64,000 nucleotides of DNA. It comes from Octopus vulgaris. Lineage: Eukaryota. The notes under the pieces are model-generated. The model had not been told where the DNA came from and made no database searches. It saw only the letters and a program-made list of their open reading frames with translations. The position numbers were made by a program, and so were the translations under genes. Shown here piece by piece: positions 24,627 to 37,288 of the stretch (positions are counted from its first letter, which is position 1; each line of letters opens with the position of its first letter). The stretch spans positions 89,776,001 to 89,840,000 of the forward strand of contig OX597817.1 in the NCBI GenBank assembly GCA_951406725.2. The letters are read 5' to 3'.

Positions 24627-24680
24627 TGGGGGGGGGGGGATTCACAAAAAAACAAAAGACGAAGACAGGTGGTATAGATA
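24627..24680 (-). mobile_element. Short 3'-terminal PLE repeat fragment
   Basis: ATTCACAAAAAAACAAAAGACGAAGACAGGTGGTATAGA is the same as 142-180. Confidence 0.8.
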
Positions 24681-24696
24681 TGCATAAATACACACA

Positions 24697-24761
<65 letters not shown>

Positions 24762-24849
24762 GAACACATACATATTAGCATTTATGTGTGTATATGTGTG
24801 TATTAGTGTGTGCATGTATGCATTATTTAAGACTAAAAAAAGCTCAACC

Positions 24850-25200
24850 AATCAAATAAGCGTAAATGTAGTTTAGTCAGACTTTGCAAAAGCTTTTGAT
24901 AATATGCCTCAAACTTCGTGAAGTTGGTATAGTTGGAAACTAGAATGATGGTTGTATGATTCCCAAAGACAGAAATCAAGTTGTAACCACCAACGTTTGT
25001 CTTTGAAGGATCAACTATCCAATGCCGCGTACCACATGCCATTGTCATGTACAAATTCTATTAGATTTACTGCAGCTTTTCGGCTAGCCATCTTTACAAC
25101 TCTTTACATATTAACAGGTTGCGAAATCATTAGAGCTTTACCTCGTGCAAATGGGCTGAAGAATGCAACATGAAATTCAGTGCAAGAAAGATTTCAACAT
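24850..25200 (+). pseudogene. Highly degenerate CR1/L2-type RT fragment
   Basis: NVV*SDFAKAFDNM, KLREVGIVG, KDRNQVV, RVPHAIV and KWAEECNMKFS across frames. Confidence 0.65.
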
Positions 25201-25629
25201 TTCGCCGCCGGTTTTTCAACAAAGTATAAGTTAGGTAGAAAGAGGCAGAAAAAGTTGCAAGACTGAAATCAGAAACTGCGTGGGTTTTAGAATATGTAAA
25301 TACTGGAGCATTGTTTTACAAGCATATTACGAAGCATGCAGATGGGGGTATCCTGAGAACATTTGAATCATAAACATAAAATGTGCTTGTTTCTCGGGAA
25401 GATAATTTTTGCTCCGAAATTTGGCCGTCTCAAAGGGAACTGGAGGAAACACACACACACACATACACACAGAGTTAAGGCTAACACGATCAGCATATAT
25501 GATGTGCCTGCATAATGAGGAAGTAAGAAGAGAAGGGGATGGAAAGATGAGGAGAAAAAGGGGGAGACGGAAAAGAATAAATCTCAACCGTTCAGTCATT
25601 CGGACGGAAGCTGACTGTATAGAATAGAA

Positions 25630-25743
<114 letters not shown>

Positions 25744-26441
25744 TTGACTCCGCTCCGCATTACTTAAAGTTTCGTGTGCATGTAGGACACGTCAGATATT
25801 TAACTCTGTTCCCGAACATCTGACGGAGTAGGCATACCTTACGCACTCACGAAACTTATAGCTCTATTAAATACAAGTATCTCCCACCAAATGTGTTAAG
25901 TGCTACTATCTTTCGTTTGTTCACACATACATACATACATACATACATACATACATACATACATACATACATACATACATACATACATACATACATACAT
26001 ACATACATGCATACATACATACGCTACAAATGATCGCGATATATGGAACAACAAAAATCTACAAGGCCTCACTAAGACTTAAAAGATTTAAAAGATAATG
26101 AACAGAACAAGATGCTTTCCTGTACAACCTTGTTACCAAGTAGGCAGTCGGTCAAAATTGTCGCTAAATTGACAAAAGAAAAAAATACATATGACCCTTG
26201 AGAGTCCATATGACCCTCAAGGGCCCATATAAGATTTTGTTGTTAAAATTTAATTTCAATAAATTGATTATACTTCCACTGTACACAAAATATTTTAATA
26301 CATTTTTTATAGAATTCCTAATAATGTTTAATTATAAAAATGCAATAGGGTCTTTTAAACATCGAAAGCCTCTGGGGATTCAAGCGAGTAAAATAGGAAT
26401 CAAAGATGTCCATAGGCAGAGGAATGGTTGAAAATCACTAG

Positions 26442-26591
26442 TTTAGTCGAACAAATTAACCCTAGTACTTAAATTGTTTTTAAAGTCTGATTCTTATTTG
26501 CAGACCCTCTACGTTACGGAGACATAATAAACCAACACCGGTTGTCAAGCACAAACACAAACAAGCACGCACGCAGACACACACACGCACG

Positions 26592-26649
<58 letters not shown>

Positions 26650-26760
26650 ATAGGTTTCCGCACAGTTTCCATCAACCAAATTTACTCACAAGGCATTTTT
26701 TGGCCCGCAGCTATAGGTGAAGGCACATGCTCAAGGTGCCGACCCGAAATCATATGGTTT
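26442..26760 (-). mobile_element. Degenerate SINE (family of 49185-49605)
   Basis: TTTAGTCGAACAAAT, ACACCGGTTGTCAAGC, internal (CA)n, ACTCACAAGGC. Confidence 0.7.
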
Positions 26761-27119
26761 GTGAATATCAATAGGATTGCTTTGTATACCGGATGCACAT
26801 TCGGTGTCACAACTAAAAGCTGTGTTCTCATCCTCTCATCATCTTCTGGGCGAATACGCTTCGCTGATGAGAGGTAATGAAATCGAAACATGACGATTGC
26901 TTTGGCTTGTTGATTTTAGAGAACAGATCCATCCTTAACTACATCATCTTTATTTTCTAAATATTTGGATGGGCTAATATTACTGGGGACAGGGGCTTAT
27001 TTTAATTAGATTTTACTACATTTTAAGCAATCGTAGAAGGAGGTTTTGTTTTCTAATTGCAAGGATATTCCCAGTTAACAGAAGTTCTTCGACTTACTGC
27101 ATTACATATGAGATACAAC

Positions 27120-27273
27120 TGCCGGTTATGTAGTAAGAAGCTTGCTTCCTAACCACGTGGTTCCGGGTTCCGTCGCACTGTGTAGCACCTTGAGCAAGTG
27201 TCTTCTAATATAGCCTTCTGGTCGATCAAAGCCTTGTGAAAGGATTTGGTAGAACTGGAAGAAGCCTGTCATA

Positions 27274-27315
<42 letters not shown>

Positions 27316-27430
27316 GTATTGTGTGTGCGTGTCCTACCACCACTGCTTCACAACTTTTGTCGGTGTGCTTACGACCCCTAATCTAGCGGTTTGGCAAAAG
27401 GAACCGATAGAATAAGTACCAGGCTTTTAA
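27120..27430 (+). mobile_element. tRNA-derived SINE (family of 49185-49605)
   Basis: GTAAGAAGCTTGCTTCCTAACCACGTGGTTCCGGGTTC...GCACCTTGAGCAAGTGTCTTC...GGCAAAAGGAACCGATAGAATAAGTACCAGGC. Confidence 0.8.
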
Positions 27431-28026
27431 AAAAGTATGTATTGAAACAAAGACGCACAAGCATAAATTTCTACGAATGTACATCTACTCGGTCTCTCTC
27501 TCCTCCTTTCTCTCTTCCTCTTCTCTCTCTCCCTCCTGTCTCTCCCTCCTCTCATTCCCTCCTCTCTCGCTCTCAGTATATATATATATGTTGTGCGTGT
27601 GTGTGCGTGTTTTATGTACGTGTGTAGATGTTTGTGTTTTTGTGTGTGCGCGTCAGTTTGTGTGTGAATGTATGTCATAGTATTATGTGTATTTGTATGT
27701 ATGTAATTATATAGCACTGTGTGTATGTACGTGTGTGTGTTTATATGTATATATCTATGAATCTATCTGCTTCTAGTGGTCAAAGAGCAGATAGTGTTAG
27801 AACCATCAGTATTACTTCGGGTTCCCTCCACCCTTCAGGCAAAATTCTTAAGGTGGGAAACCGGTACCACAATGTCTAGAAAGTTAATCTATAAAATACT
27901 AGCGCTTTAGCCAGGGGCGATTTATCTCTTACGCACTTATCACGAGAGAAAGAGGAGATAAGGGCTACTTTCGAAATATATCCTGATACTCAGAAAGAGG
28001 TCATTAACAGTTGTTCATAAATGTAT

Positions 28027-28061
<35 letters not shown>

Positions 28062-28389
28062 GGTGCAGTATGGCGGAATGGTGAGCAAACTTGTTTCAAA
28101 ACCACGTAGTTCCAGGTTCGATGCCATTGGTATCTTGAACAAATGCCTAGGTGCCGGCCCACACCCTGTTAGTAAAACTAGATGTACAGAAGCCTATCTG
28201 ATGAATTGTACCAGTAACTCAAAAACTACGCTCTTGTCGCACACTCTGTTACGGTGATTCTACCTGAAAATTACGTTAAGGTTACACGTGTCTGGTATAC
28301 TCGGTCACTTACACGTTAATTTAAGAGCAGATCATTTTATTTGATCGTACATCTGACTCCTCTCTAAACGTTATTTTAGGGGAGAATGG

Positions 28390-29030
28390 AACTGCCGTAT
28401 TAGATTGCATTAGACAGTAACCGACCAATAATTGTCGGCTCCTATTATGACGCATGTTAGATGCGCAACGTTTTGATCGCCACTCTCAATGATAACATAG
28501 TCAGTTATACGCCAGTACTTTGGTCGTTAAAACTTCCAGTAACCCTTGTATCTGTTTGTTAAAATAGTGTGCTGTCATTGCAGGGCTGTGTTCCTCGTAT
28601 TTAGTTAAGAATCGAATGACGTTGGAGTAAGTCTTTCCCATGCTCTACCTTTCAATTGTGCCGTTCCAGAGATTCGAATATTTACCAACTCTAATATTGA
28701 GGTCACCTAGCAAAATTGTTTTGTTACGTTTAAAAATTCTGGATAAGACGCTGTCTAATTAGTGTAAAATTCCTCCATAACATCCGGGCCTGTCTTAAGT
28801 GTGAGTGTATATGCACTGATGGATAGCGTATCCGTTAACACCAGTAAGTTTTAAGCAAAGAGTCATATATCTTTCATATCTTTCATATACGAGATCATTG
28901 AGAACCACAATGACTAAGCCACATATGTACCACTCTTCAAATGGTATATCTGCTGTCACATTCCTTCAGCTGTCCTCATCGGCTAGTCTTGTCACAGTAT
29001 CGATATTGAAAGAACACTAGTTCCCCACAT
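28390..29030 (-). pseudogene. RTE (BovB-like) LINE apurinic endonuclease relic
   Basis: TRLADEGQLKE, SISAYTLTLKTGPDVMEEFY, ILLGDLNIRVG and YWRITDYVII across frames with stops. Confidence 0.75.
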
Positions 29031-29588
29031 GCAAGTGTGACTGAAGGCTGCTCAGTTGGTCAGTAAAAGTTCAAGCCTACCAAAATCCAAATTTGATTGT
29101 GCATGTGGTTTCTTTCTTCCATATGAAAAAGAGGGTGACCTGCTTGGAAGCAAAGATTCAATTAATGAAGCTGTGACAGACTATATTTGGGAGATCTTTG
29201 CATTTTTATCGTTTCTTTCGAATGCAAGGGGTGGGGACAGGACAGCTCAAAAGAAAGAACTGCTTAGACACAGCTACCGAGAGATACTTCTGCCTCGGTC
29301 CACATAGCTGATGACTATCTCAACAAATCTGCGCCTTCGTCCCCCTATTTCATAACTAGTAGATTTGGCTACGGTACATGACAGTCAGTCTGTGCAAAGA
29401 GTATCAAGGTGCCCTTCCCAGACATACAAGGCAACATGTTGGGTGAGTGCTCGTAAATTTTCTTGCTTTCCGTATCAGGATTGAAGTTCAAAATGGAACA
29501 GACAAGAATGGCTAAAATACATTCAAAGAGTGAGAAGGTGGATCATGGTTGCAACAGTTTTCCGCCTCCCATCGTCTGGAACTCTTGG

Positions 29589-29650
<62 letters not shown>

Positions 29651-30126
29651 AACATACATACAAACAAACCACTCATACAAAGAAAGAGAGAGAGAGAGAA
29701 GGGGAGTGAGAGAGAGAGAGAGAGAGTAGTGAGAGAGAGTGAGAGAGAGAGAGAGCGTATGCGTGTGTCTCACATTTTTCGCTCTCTCCGTACGGATGAA
29801 TTCTTCGATATATGCATGCATGCATGTAAGTATGTTTTGAATATAATTTTAATGATTGATCTGGAAATCTTCACTTTAAATACAAGCAGACCACCATGTT
29901 TTCGAAATATAAATAGCTATTGTGTCACTGTTTTGAAAATATCCGTTTCTATAGTATCAAGTTTCTTAGTATTCCTCTTTATATAGATTCTGTGTTTATT
30001 TACTGCCATAATTTCTATAGTGTCCCTATTTATATAGTATCCCCATTTCTAAAATATCCCTGTTTCTACAAAATCTGTTTCTGTAATACGGCTGTTTCTA
30101 TAGTATCACCATATATATAGTATATA

Positions 30127-30200
<74 letters not shown>

Positions 30201-30266
30201 TTATCTATACATATATATATGTATGTATATATATATGTATATATATGCATATATATATATAAATAC

Positions 30267-30342
<76 letters not shown>

Positions 30343-30368
30343 GTATATATATATATATATATAGATAT

Positions 30369-30440
<72 letters not shown>

Positions 30441-30535
30441 GTGTATGTGTATGTGTATACGTATGTATGTATGTATGTATGTATGTATGTATGTATGTAT
30501 GTATGTATGTATGTATGTATGTATGTATGCATGTA
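30127..30535. repeat. (CTAT)n/(TA)n/(TATG)n compound microsatellite
   Basis: Visible directly in the sequence. Confidence 0.95.
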
Positions 30536-32232
30536 TAAAGTTTTTTAGTGCAATTGATTCCAACTGTGGAGAGTTCGGGTCATATTGGAGCACTTCCTTA
30601 TTATTGACACTTTTTTTCATGCTTGTGTATCTGATGTTTAATTTTTCTATATGCGCAGATGTCATGTTCGGCCTGACACCGTTGTGACCAGCCACCATTA
30701 AAATCTACAGAACCCTCTACAAGCTAATGAAAGGACTTCTACAGAGTGGCTCGACCTGCTAGAAATAACAGTGAAATTTCCTTAATGAACATCCGTCATT
30801 TTAATATATCATCGAGACACTGAACAACTTAGCCCGAAATACACAAAAACAAGAAATAGCCATTGCCAGAATCTTTTTGGTCATATATCTCCTTGATCAG
30901 GGATTATCTAAGGTTAAGCAACCATAGAAACAGAACGCAGTGATTAATGCACTATGTCTGGATCCAAATCACAGTAAGAGTGGTCACAACTAAAATATAT
31001 TATTCTGCTGGATCGGAGCTGACCAAAACCAACACGTTCAATTCTAACACCATCACCTAGTCCAACATTGAAGCCCTTTCATAGTCATTTGATCAGCTAG
31101 AAACAGCAGCCAAATCTTTCTAAATTACATCCTTTTTTTTTTTTAAGAAATACATTGAATAATGTAAAGCTAGATACACTATTTTTGAAAACTAGAGAGG
31201 CTAGTTAAGGTTGGTCTTTACTGAAGTACCATTGACCATAAAGCTATTAGTTCATGGGCTGGTCTAGGGCTAAACAACAACAGTCATACATCGAGTGGAC
31301 AATGGCGAGAGTACAGCATTGCTAGACTGCAGCATTGTAACAGATTCAATTAACCATTGTACGTCACATTGTATCGATTAGTCCTCAACTTGACCGTGAT
31401 TTGGCATATAAACGGAGCTGTTGATGCAGGGATCGCATCTAAACGTTTACCTGACTATCAATGTCCAGTGGATCAGCTTGATCAAAACTGACCGGGAGCT
31501 ACTCAACAAAAACAACAGCACAACACAACACATACATTATACCCAGATCGCACACATCATCACCTCGCCTAATTACCTTCATCGGGTTCTTTCGTTTCGA
31601 CAAGAAGTAGTAGCGGTCTGCAATACAACAGATGTTGCATAATCAACTCTGGCTAATCTGCATTTGCCATGGGTCCCTATCAGTAAGCAAGGACAGCAGC
31701 GTTATTAAATCAAATATTACAATCAGCTGGCTCATTATCAGCCAGTAAAATACATCTCCTTTACAAAGCTTCCTCCGTACAATAAGGCTGGTAGTTTGAT
31801 GTTTGTGATTCAAAACAATGGTCACTGGTATATCTAATTTTCTCAAAACACGTCAAATCAAAATTGATCCATTTGAACAGAAAATACTATCTAATAAAAA
31901 CGTCTGTGTTTTTGCAATTAGTTGCTCGTTGTTTATTTTTTGTGGAAAAATACATTTTTACAAAGGTTTTTTACTTTTTTTTTCTGCTGGTGTTTCTACT
32001 AGTATTTCTGTTATTGCTCAGGCTTCACTGCTGCAGAATAGAATAGTTTTAAAGCAATATTTGAAAAATAGCTTTTTAATTCCATCACAGGCTGAACAAC
32101 TCCAAATGAAGTAACGTTTGCGTGCCACTACAATTGGCAATTGGTATCTGTATCCAAAAACTTTTCCACCGTCTGGCAAGTTATGTCTCTGATAATGATT
32201 GTTGCGTAGGAAGTTGAGTCCATGAGATGAAA

Positions 32233-32302
<70 letters not shown>

Positions 32303-33834
32303 AAGCAGTGGCGACTCCAGCACTCGGGCTGTTCGGACTTAGCCCGAGTGTAAATCAACGTATTTGTAAGCTGATTTAATTTCTGCCAACACTGACTTCG
32401 TGTATGTAATTTCAGACAATAATTCGAGCTCCTTTTATTGAGCTTGGTCGCAGTGCATTTATTTACGTTGGGCGTCTGGCGGTCGCCTTAGAGGTGCCCT
32501 GTGTCAAAAAATATCATTCGTAACAGACGCTCTCTCGACATCGTTCACATGCGCCTGATTTGGGCTCAGAAGTTACAGCCAGAGTTGTTATCTGTAATCG
32601 TAAAAATTAAAAGTAATGCAAATTCAATGTTTTCTCGAAGCAATAAATTTCTATAGAGATTAGGATTTAAATTCCAATCTACGAAAAGTTTCCGTTCTAC
32701 AATATTCATAAAGGAACGAAAAATTATCCAGTAACTGGGCTTGTACGACCTAGCCTGGTAGGTGTAAAAGACTAACTGGCATCTCTTGTCAAGAGTACAG
32801 GCGACAGTCAGATCGCTGATGTTTGTTATGCACTCAGTTAGTTTCGTCTCCTTTTTCATAGCAACCTCAAACCGGGTGCTTCTTTTCACCTCCAGGAGAG
32901 CAGTCGCCATACTTTCAGGAGTTGTTTACTCGATTTTTTGTCATTGAGGTGTGCTAAAAATAACACCTAAACAGGCCTTAAATCACGCACCTCCACAATG
33001 TTTTTTTTTTTTGTCTTTTGCTTAACATAATCGTATAAATTCCCGCGTGTAGAATACAAATATTGATAACACTTGCTAGTATCAGGATGTTGACAAAATG
33101 TGCAGTCACGCACAAAATGAGAGCTTCCAAATCCTGTTTCCTAACTGGGTGAAAATGATCAAACTTTAAACCTCTGTAACCTTTTTAAAAAAAATTTCTG
33201 GTAAAAGTAAAATATCTCCAGCAATTCAGCTTGGAAAACTACATTAATGTGCCAAATTTAAAAATTTCCAATAAACTTTGATTTTTGAAATCTTGGCAGC
33301 CAAACAAAAGATCTCATTAGAGTGGCATTTCATCAGGCTTGCATCAAAAGTGTGCTCTTACATTATGCGTCTTCCAGCACTTTTTTTTTTGCTTATATCG
33401 GGAGGAAATAAGGAGTAAATAAAAGTATGGTTAGTAGATGAAGAGCGCATGCAAGAAGATGAAGAATGAGGAAGAGGAGGAGGAGGACGAGGTGGATTCA
33501 TTCTATGTCATTATCAGCTATATTCATTCCAAACTTATTCTATAATCTTCATTCCAAGCATATTTTATAATCTTCTTGACCAGTTTTCAGTTATATTCTA
33601 AATTTTAGGCTTTTACATTAACTTGTTAAAGCACACCCATTACCATTTGATTTCCAGCTCTTTTTTCATTTTTTTTTCTTCTCTTTCGGTCTCCGCATGT
33701 CACATTCTATGATCACCAGAATACTTTCCCTACCACACACATCACTAGTATTATTATTTTAAGGATTATTTTTATTTCCTTCTTATCGCTCTCTTCTCGC
33801 TGTAATGTTTGTTTATTCCTTCTCGAGCCATCCT

Positions 33835-34108
33835 TGGCTCGTAAGGACCGGCTTCCTTGGTGTATAGGTAGGTTCCTCACCTGGACGGGATGCCGGTCCG
33901 TCGCAGGTGAACTGCAAAATGCAGGAGGAAAGAGTGAGAAAAAGTTGTGGCGAAAGAACCAGCAGAAGTTCGCCATTACCTTCTGCCGGAGCCGCGTGGA
34001 GCTTAGGTGTTTCGCTCATAAAAACACAGATCGCCCGGTCTGAGACTCGAAACCGCGATCCCTCGACCGCGAGTCCGCTGCTCTAACCACTAGGCCATGT
34101 GCCTCCAC
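33835..34108 (-). mobile_element. Well-preserved tRNA-derived SINE with V/Meta-core-like segment
   Basis: TGGCCTAGTGGTTAGAGC (A box), GTTTCGAGTC (B box), CCTGCGACGGACCGGCATCCCGTCCAGG core; CpG-rich. Confidence 0.8.
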
Positions 34109-34369
34109 TCTCGCTTTAATAGCAATCGTTGTTTTCAATTTCACCCATCTTTCCCTTTTCACTCTCTCTTACCATCCTACTACGGCGTCGCCCTGTTATA
34201 TCTCTCTGTACTGGACCACTTTCCCTTTTGTCTATTTAATGTTGTCGCTAGTGGTAAACTTGAATAATTTTTCACCAATCAAATGAAATTTGATGCTGGC
34301 GTCTACGTTCTTACTGGTCATTCTGAATATTTACCCCTACCTTTCGTCCACATACACTGATTAGCTCTC

Positions 34370-34393
34370 CCTTCCTCTCTCCTCTCTCTCTCC

Positions 34394-34433
<40 letters not shown>

Positions 34434-34665
34434 GTTTTCCTCCTTCTTCCTCCTTTCTTCTCATTTTCATGTTTGTCGTCGTCATGTCCTTGTCCTCTTT
34501 TTCTTTTTTCTCTTCTTTCTTCTCCTCCCCTCCTCCTTCCTCTCTTTTTCCTCCTCCTCCTCCTTCTTTTTTCTTCTTCTTCTTCTCCACCTTCTTCTTC
34601 ACCTTCTTCTTCTTCTTCTTCTTCTTAGTCGTCGTCTTCTTCCTTTTCATCCTTTTCTTCTTCTC
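34370..34665. repeat. Pyrimidine-rich low-complexity (CT)n/(CTT)n/(CCT)n tract
   Basis: Visible directly in the sequence. Confidence 0.9.
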
Positions 34666-34979
34666 ACACGGTCTCTATACTAATTATTCATCCCCTAATC
34701 ACACTTTTTGTTTTCTCCCGATATAAACAAAAAAAACAATGTCTAGAAGACGCACAATGTAAGAGCGCACTTTCGATGCAAGTCTGGTGAAGTATTACTC
34801 TAATGTCTAAAACCGAAAATATGTAAACTTTCACAGTAAATTTTTGCATAAACTGACATTGCAAGCTGAGTTCATTCAGAAACAATTGCAACTGATCATT
34901 AAAGATGTGTTGAAGTATTTCTTTCTATTATTTGGATCATATATAATATATACATGTATATTTCAAAATGTAAATACAT

Positions 34980-35185
34980 ATGGACTGTTGGCGATTTTTT
35001 CCCCTCCGTGTTCCTTTTCTCTTGGACTTTCCTCTGTCTCCTGTTTCTGAAGAAGAGCTTTGCTTGAAACGTTAAACAGCCTTTCTTTCCTTCCCTGAGC
35101 GTCTTTTAATACTTTGCATGTACCAGGTCCTCGCGTTGTTGTTTATTCTTGTGTTTTTTCTTCGTTTTTTGGGGGGAGGGATTTA
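34980..35185 (+). mobile_element. Solo PLE-type terminal repeat carrying a hammerhead motif
   Basis: Homologous to 41835-42040 (GTTGGCGATTTTTT...GAGCGTC...TAATACT...GTCCTCGCGTTGTTGT); ends at (TA)n; no adjacent RT. Confidence 0.75.
35041..35079 (+). ncRNA. Minimal type I hammerhead ribozyme motif (core CUGAAGA)
   Basis: CUGUUU-CUGAAGA-A-GAGC-UUU-GCUU-GAAAC-GUU-AAACAG; 6-bp stem I. Confidence 0.75.
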
Positions 35186-35608
35186 TTATATATATATATA
35201 TGTATGTATGTATATGTATTATATATAAAAAATACAAAATGGGACAACAGCGCAAAACATCCAGATAGACGATACAAAGAAAACAAGGACGAGTCATTCG
35301 GAGTTTTCTTTCCTCAGTCGAGTTCCAGATGTATGTATGTATGTATGTATTATGTATGTATGTATGTGTGTATGTATGTATGTATGTATGTATGTATGCA
35401 TGTATGTATGTATGTACATACGTACGTATGTATGTATGTATGTATGTATGTATGTATGTATGTATGTATGTATGTATGTATGTATATATGTATGTATGTA
35501 TGTATGTATGTGTGTGTGTGTATATGTATGTGTGTGTATGTATATATATGAATGTATGTTTGCATTTATGTATGTACGAGTGTGAGTGTGCCCGCACGCA
35601 CGCGTGTA

Positions 35609-35641
<33 letters not shown>

Positions 35642-36124
35642 CTTCCGGTGACCCTGTCGTATGATGTTTCGAAATTTAGTTTGGGATGTCCTTGCAGCAG
35701 TGAAACAATTCTGAAATCTTCCAACAATTTAATTTGTTCCTGTAGACAAGAGACACATTGAGATTACTCCGTTGATTCATATGTCTGCTGCTTTGTACTA
35801 TAATCGATAATGATCTAGTACGAGATATTTCTTCATATAACATTTATACTGATGTTCGTGATTCTGTCTTAAAATCATTTTATTCCTTTCTCCTACCAAA
35901 AGAAGATTACATCAAGTTTCCAGAAAAGATACTGCTTTAAGTTCTATGGAAATCATGATATAGAAGTTAGGTATACATAGAAATACACTGTACGTACCCC
36001 TTACCCACTGTATGTCCAAGTACTTGGTATGGTCCTATGATAAGTAGAGGTATAGTGTAATGGCCTATGTAAGGCAATAGGTTCCTGGTCGTTTAATATA
36101 CATGGTATTGTCCTAATATAAGTC

Positions 36125-36408
36125 GGCGGTGGCGGAGTTATCTCTTATCCGAGAATTTATTTTCTTTGCTGAATGCTTCCTTTATGGTGATGACGTTGAT
36201 GACTAAGTAGATCAATTCTTGCATAGCAGAGTCAATGGCATTGACTGCATGGAAATTTTGGTGGAAGACGAAGTTGATTTTGTCAAGCCTTTCTCTCCTG
36301 TCGCTTGAATTCTTCCTTTTCTCTTCTGGTGGATTCGAAGTTTTTGGTTCCGATGGTGATAGAACACCGCCACTTGGTACGGTCTTGGACTCGTGTTTCA
36401 AATGTCCT
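36125..36408 (-). pseudogene. 3' end of an RTE (BovB-like) LINE with C-terminal C2H2-type finger
   Basis: TFETRVQDRTKWRCSITIGTKNFESTRREKEEFKRQERKA*...FPCSQCH*LCYARIDLLSHQRHH. Confidence 0.75.
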
Positions 36409-37288
36409 AATTAAGTAAAGATATAAAATACGGGAAGCCATAGGTTTGTCGATCATCTCTGGTCGTTTATCTTATGTCTTTTATCTTCTATCTTTATTTG
36501 ATCCAGTTGTAGCAAGTCATAAAAGGCGGCAGTATGACGTAATTGTCGTTTGCCCGAACAAACATAATTGTTGGTAATCCCATTGGTTAAAATTACTGTC
36601 CATATACGAATTCTAAACTTTCGTCTGTTTCACGAAATACGGTTCTTAGAATTCGGATATGAGCAGTTATGAAAAACTCTGATTTGGGAAAAATTACTCA
36701 GTGCTCGTAGGATGTTACTAAACTCCACGACACTCGCTCATTGAGATATTTGGTTATTTTTTTTATGCCATGTCTATGATAAAAATCCAACAAGACTTAT
36801 TTGAATTGTTGTGAACTCTAGTAGTTAGTATGACAGGTTAGCTAGAGTGAATTTTAAGTCGTAATTCTCTACGACAAAATTACTTTACTTTCCAATTGTG
36901 CTATAAATGCTAAATGTACATAAATAAAATAATGTAGTAATTATTTTCTCTTTCTTCACGTTCTTCAGCTTGTTTATGAAATTTATTTCTGCAATTATGA
37001 AACTGTATTTTTTATAGCGGTTAAAAGAACACGAATTTGTTTATCTTCAACATACATGCACGCATAAAATGTCCGTTAGCGTTTCAGAGTATATATTTCT
37101 CGCTATGGCGTTTATGTAGCTGGAGTCAGAACTTATGTATAATGATAACACTTATAAGTAAGTTATAAGTGACGGGTTTATCAATATATATTCCTACTTC
37201 GAAAGTAAAATATATTTATTATATATTTCCAAATAGGAAACATACAAAAGTAGTGTTACACAAACAGTTACCAAACCGGCTATAAAAC

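Noticed and set aside
26833-26900. CTGATGA...GAAACATGAC hammerhead-like string
   Set aside because: Stem II is only 2 bp and U16 is absent. The core also pairs with upstream CCTCTCATCA. At best a relic.
34030-34108. tRNA gene (also at 19410-19480 and 19915-19992)
   Set aside because: A and B boxes are present, but the cloverleaf is imperfect and each runs into a SINE body.
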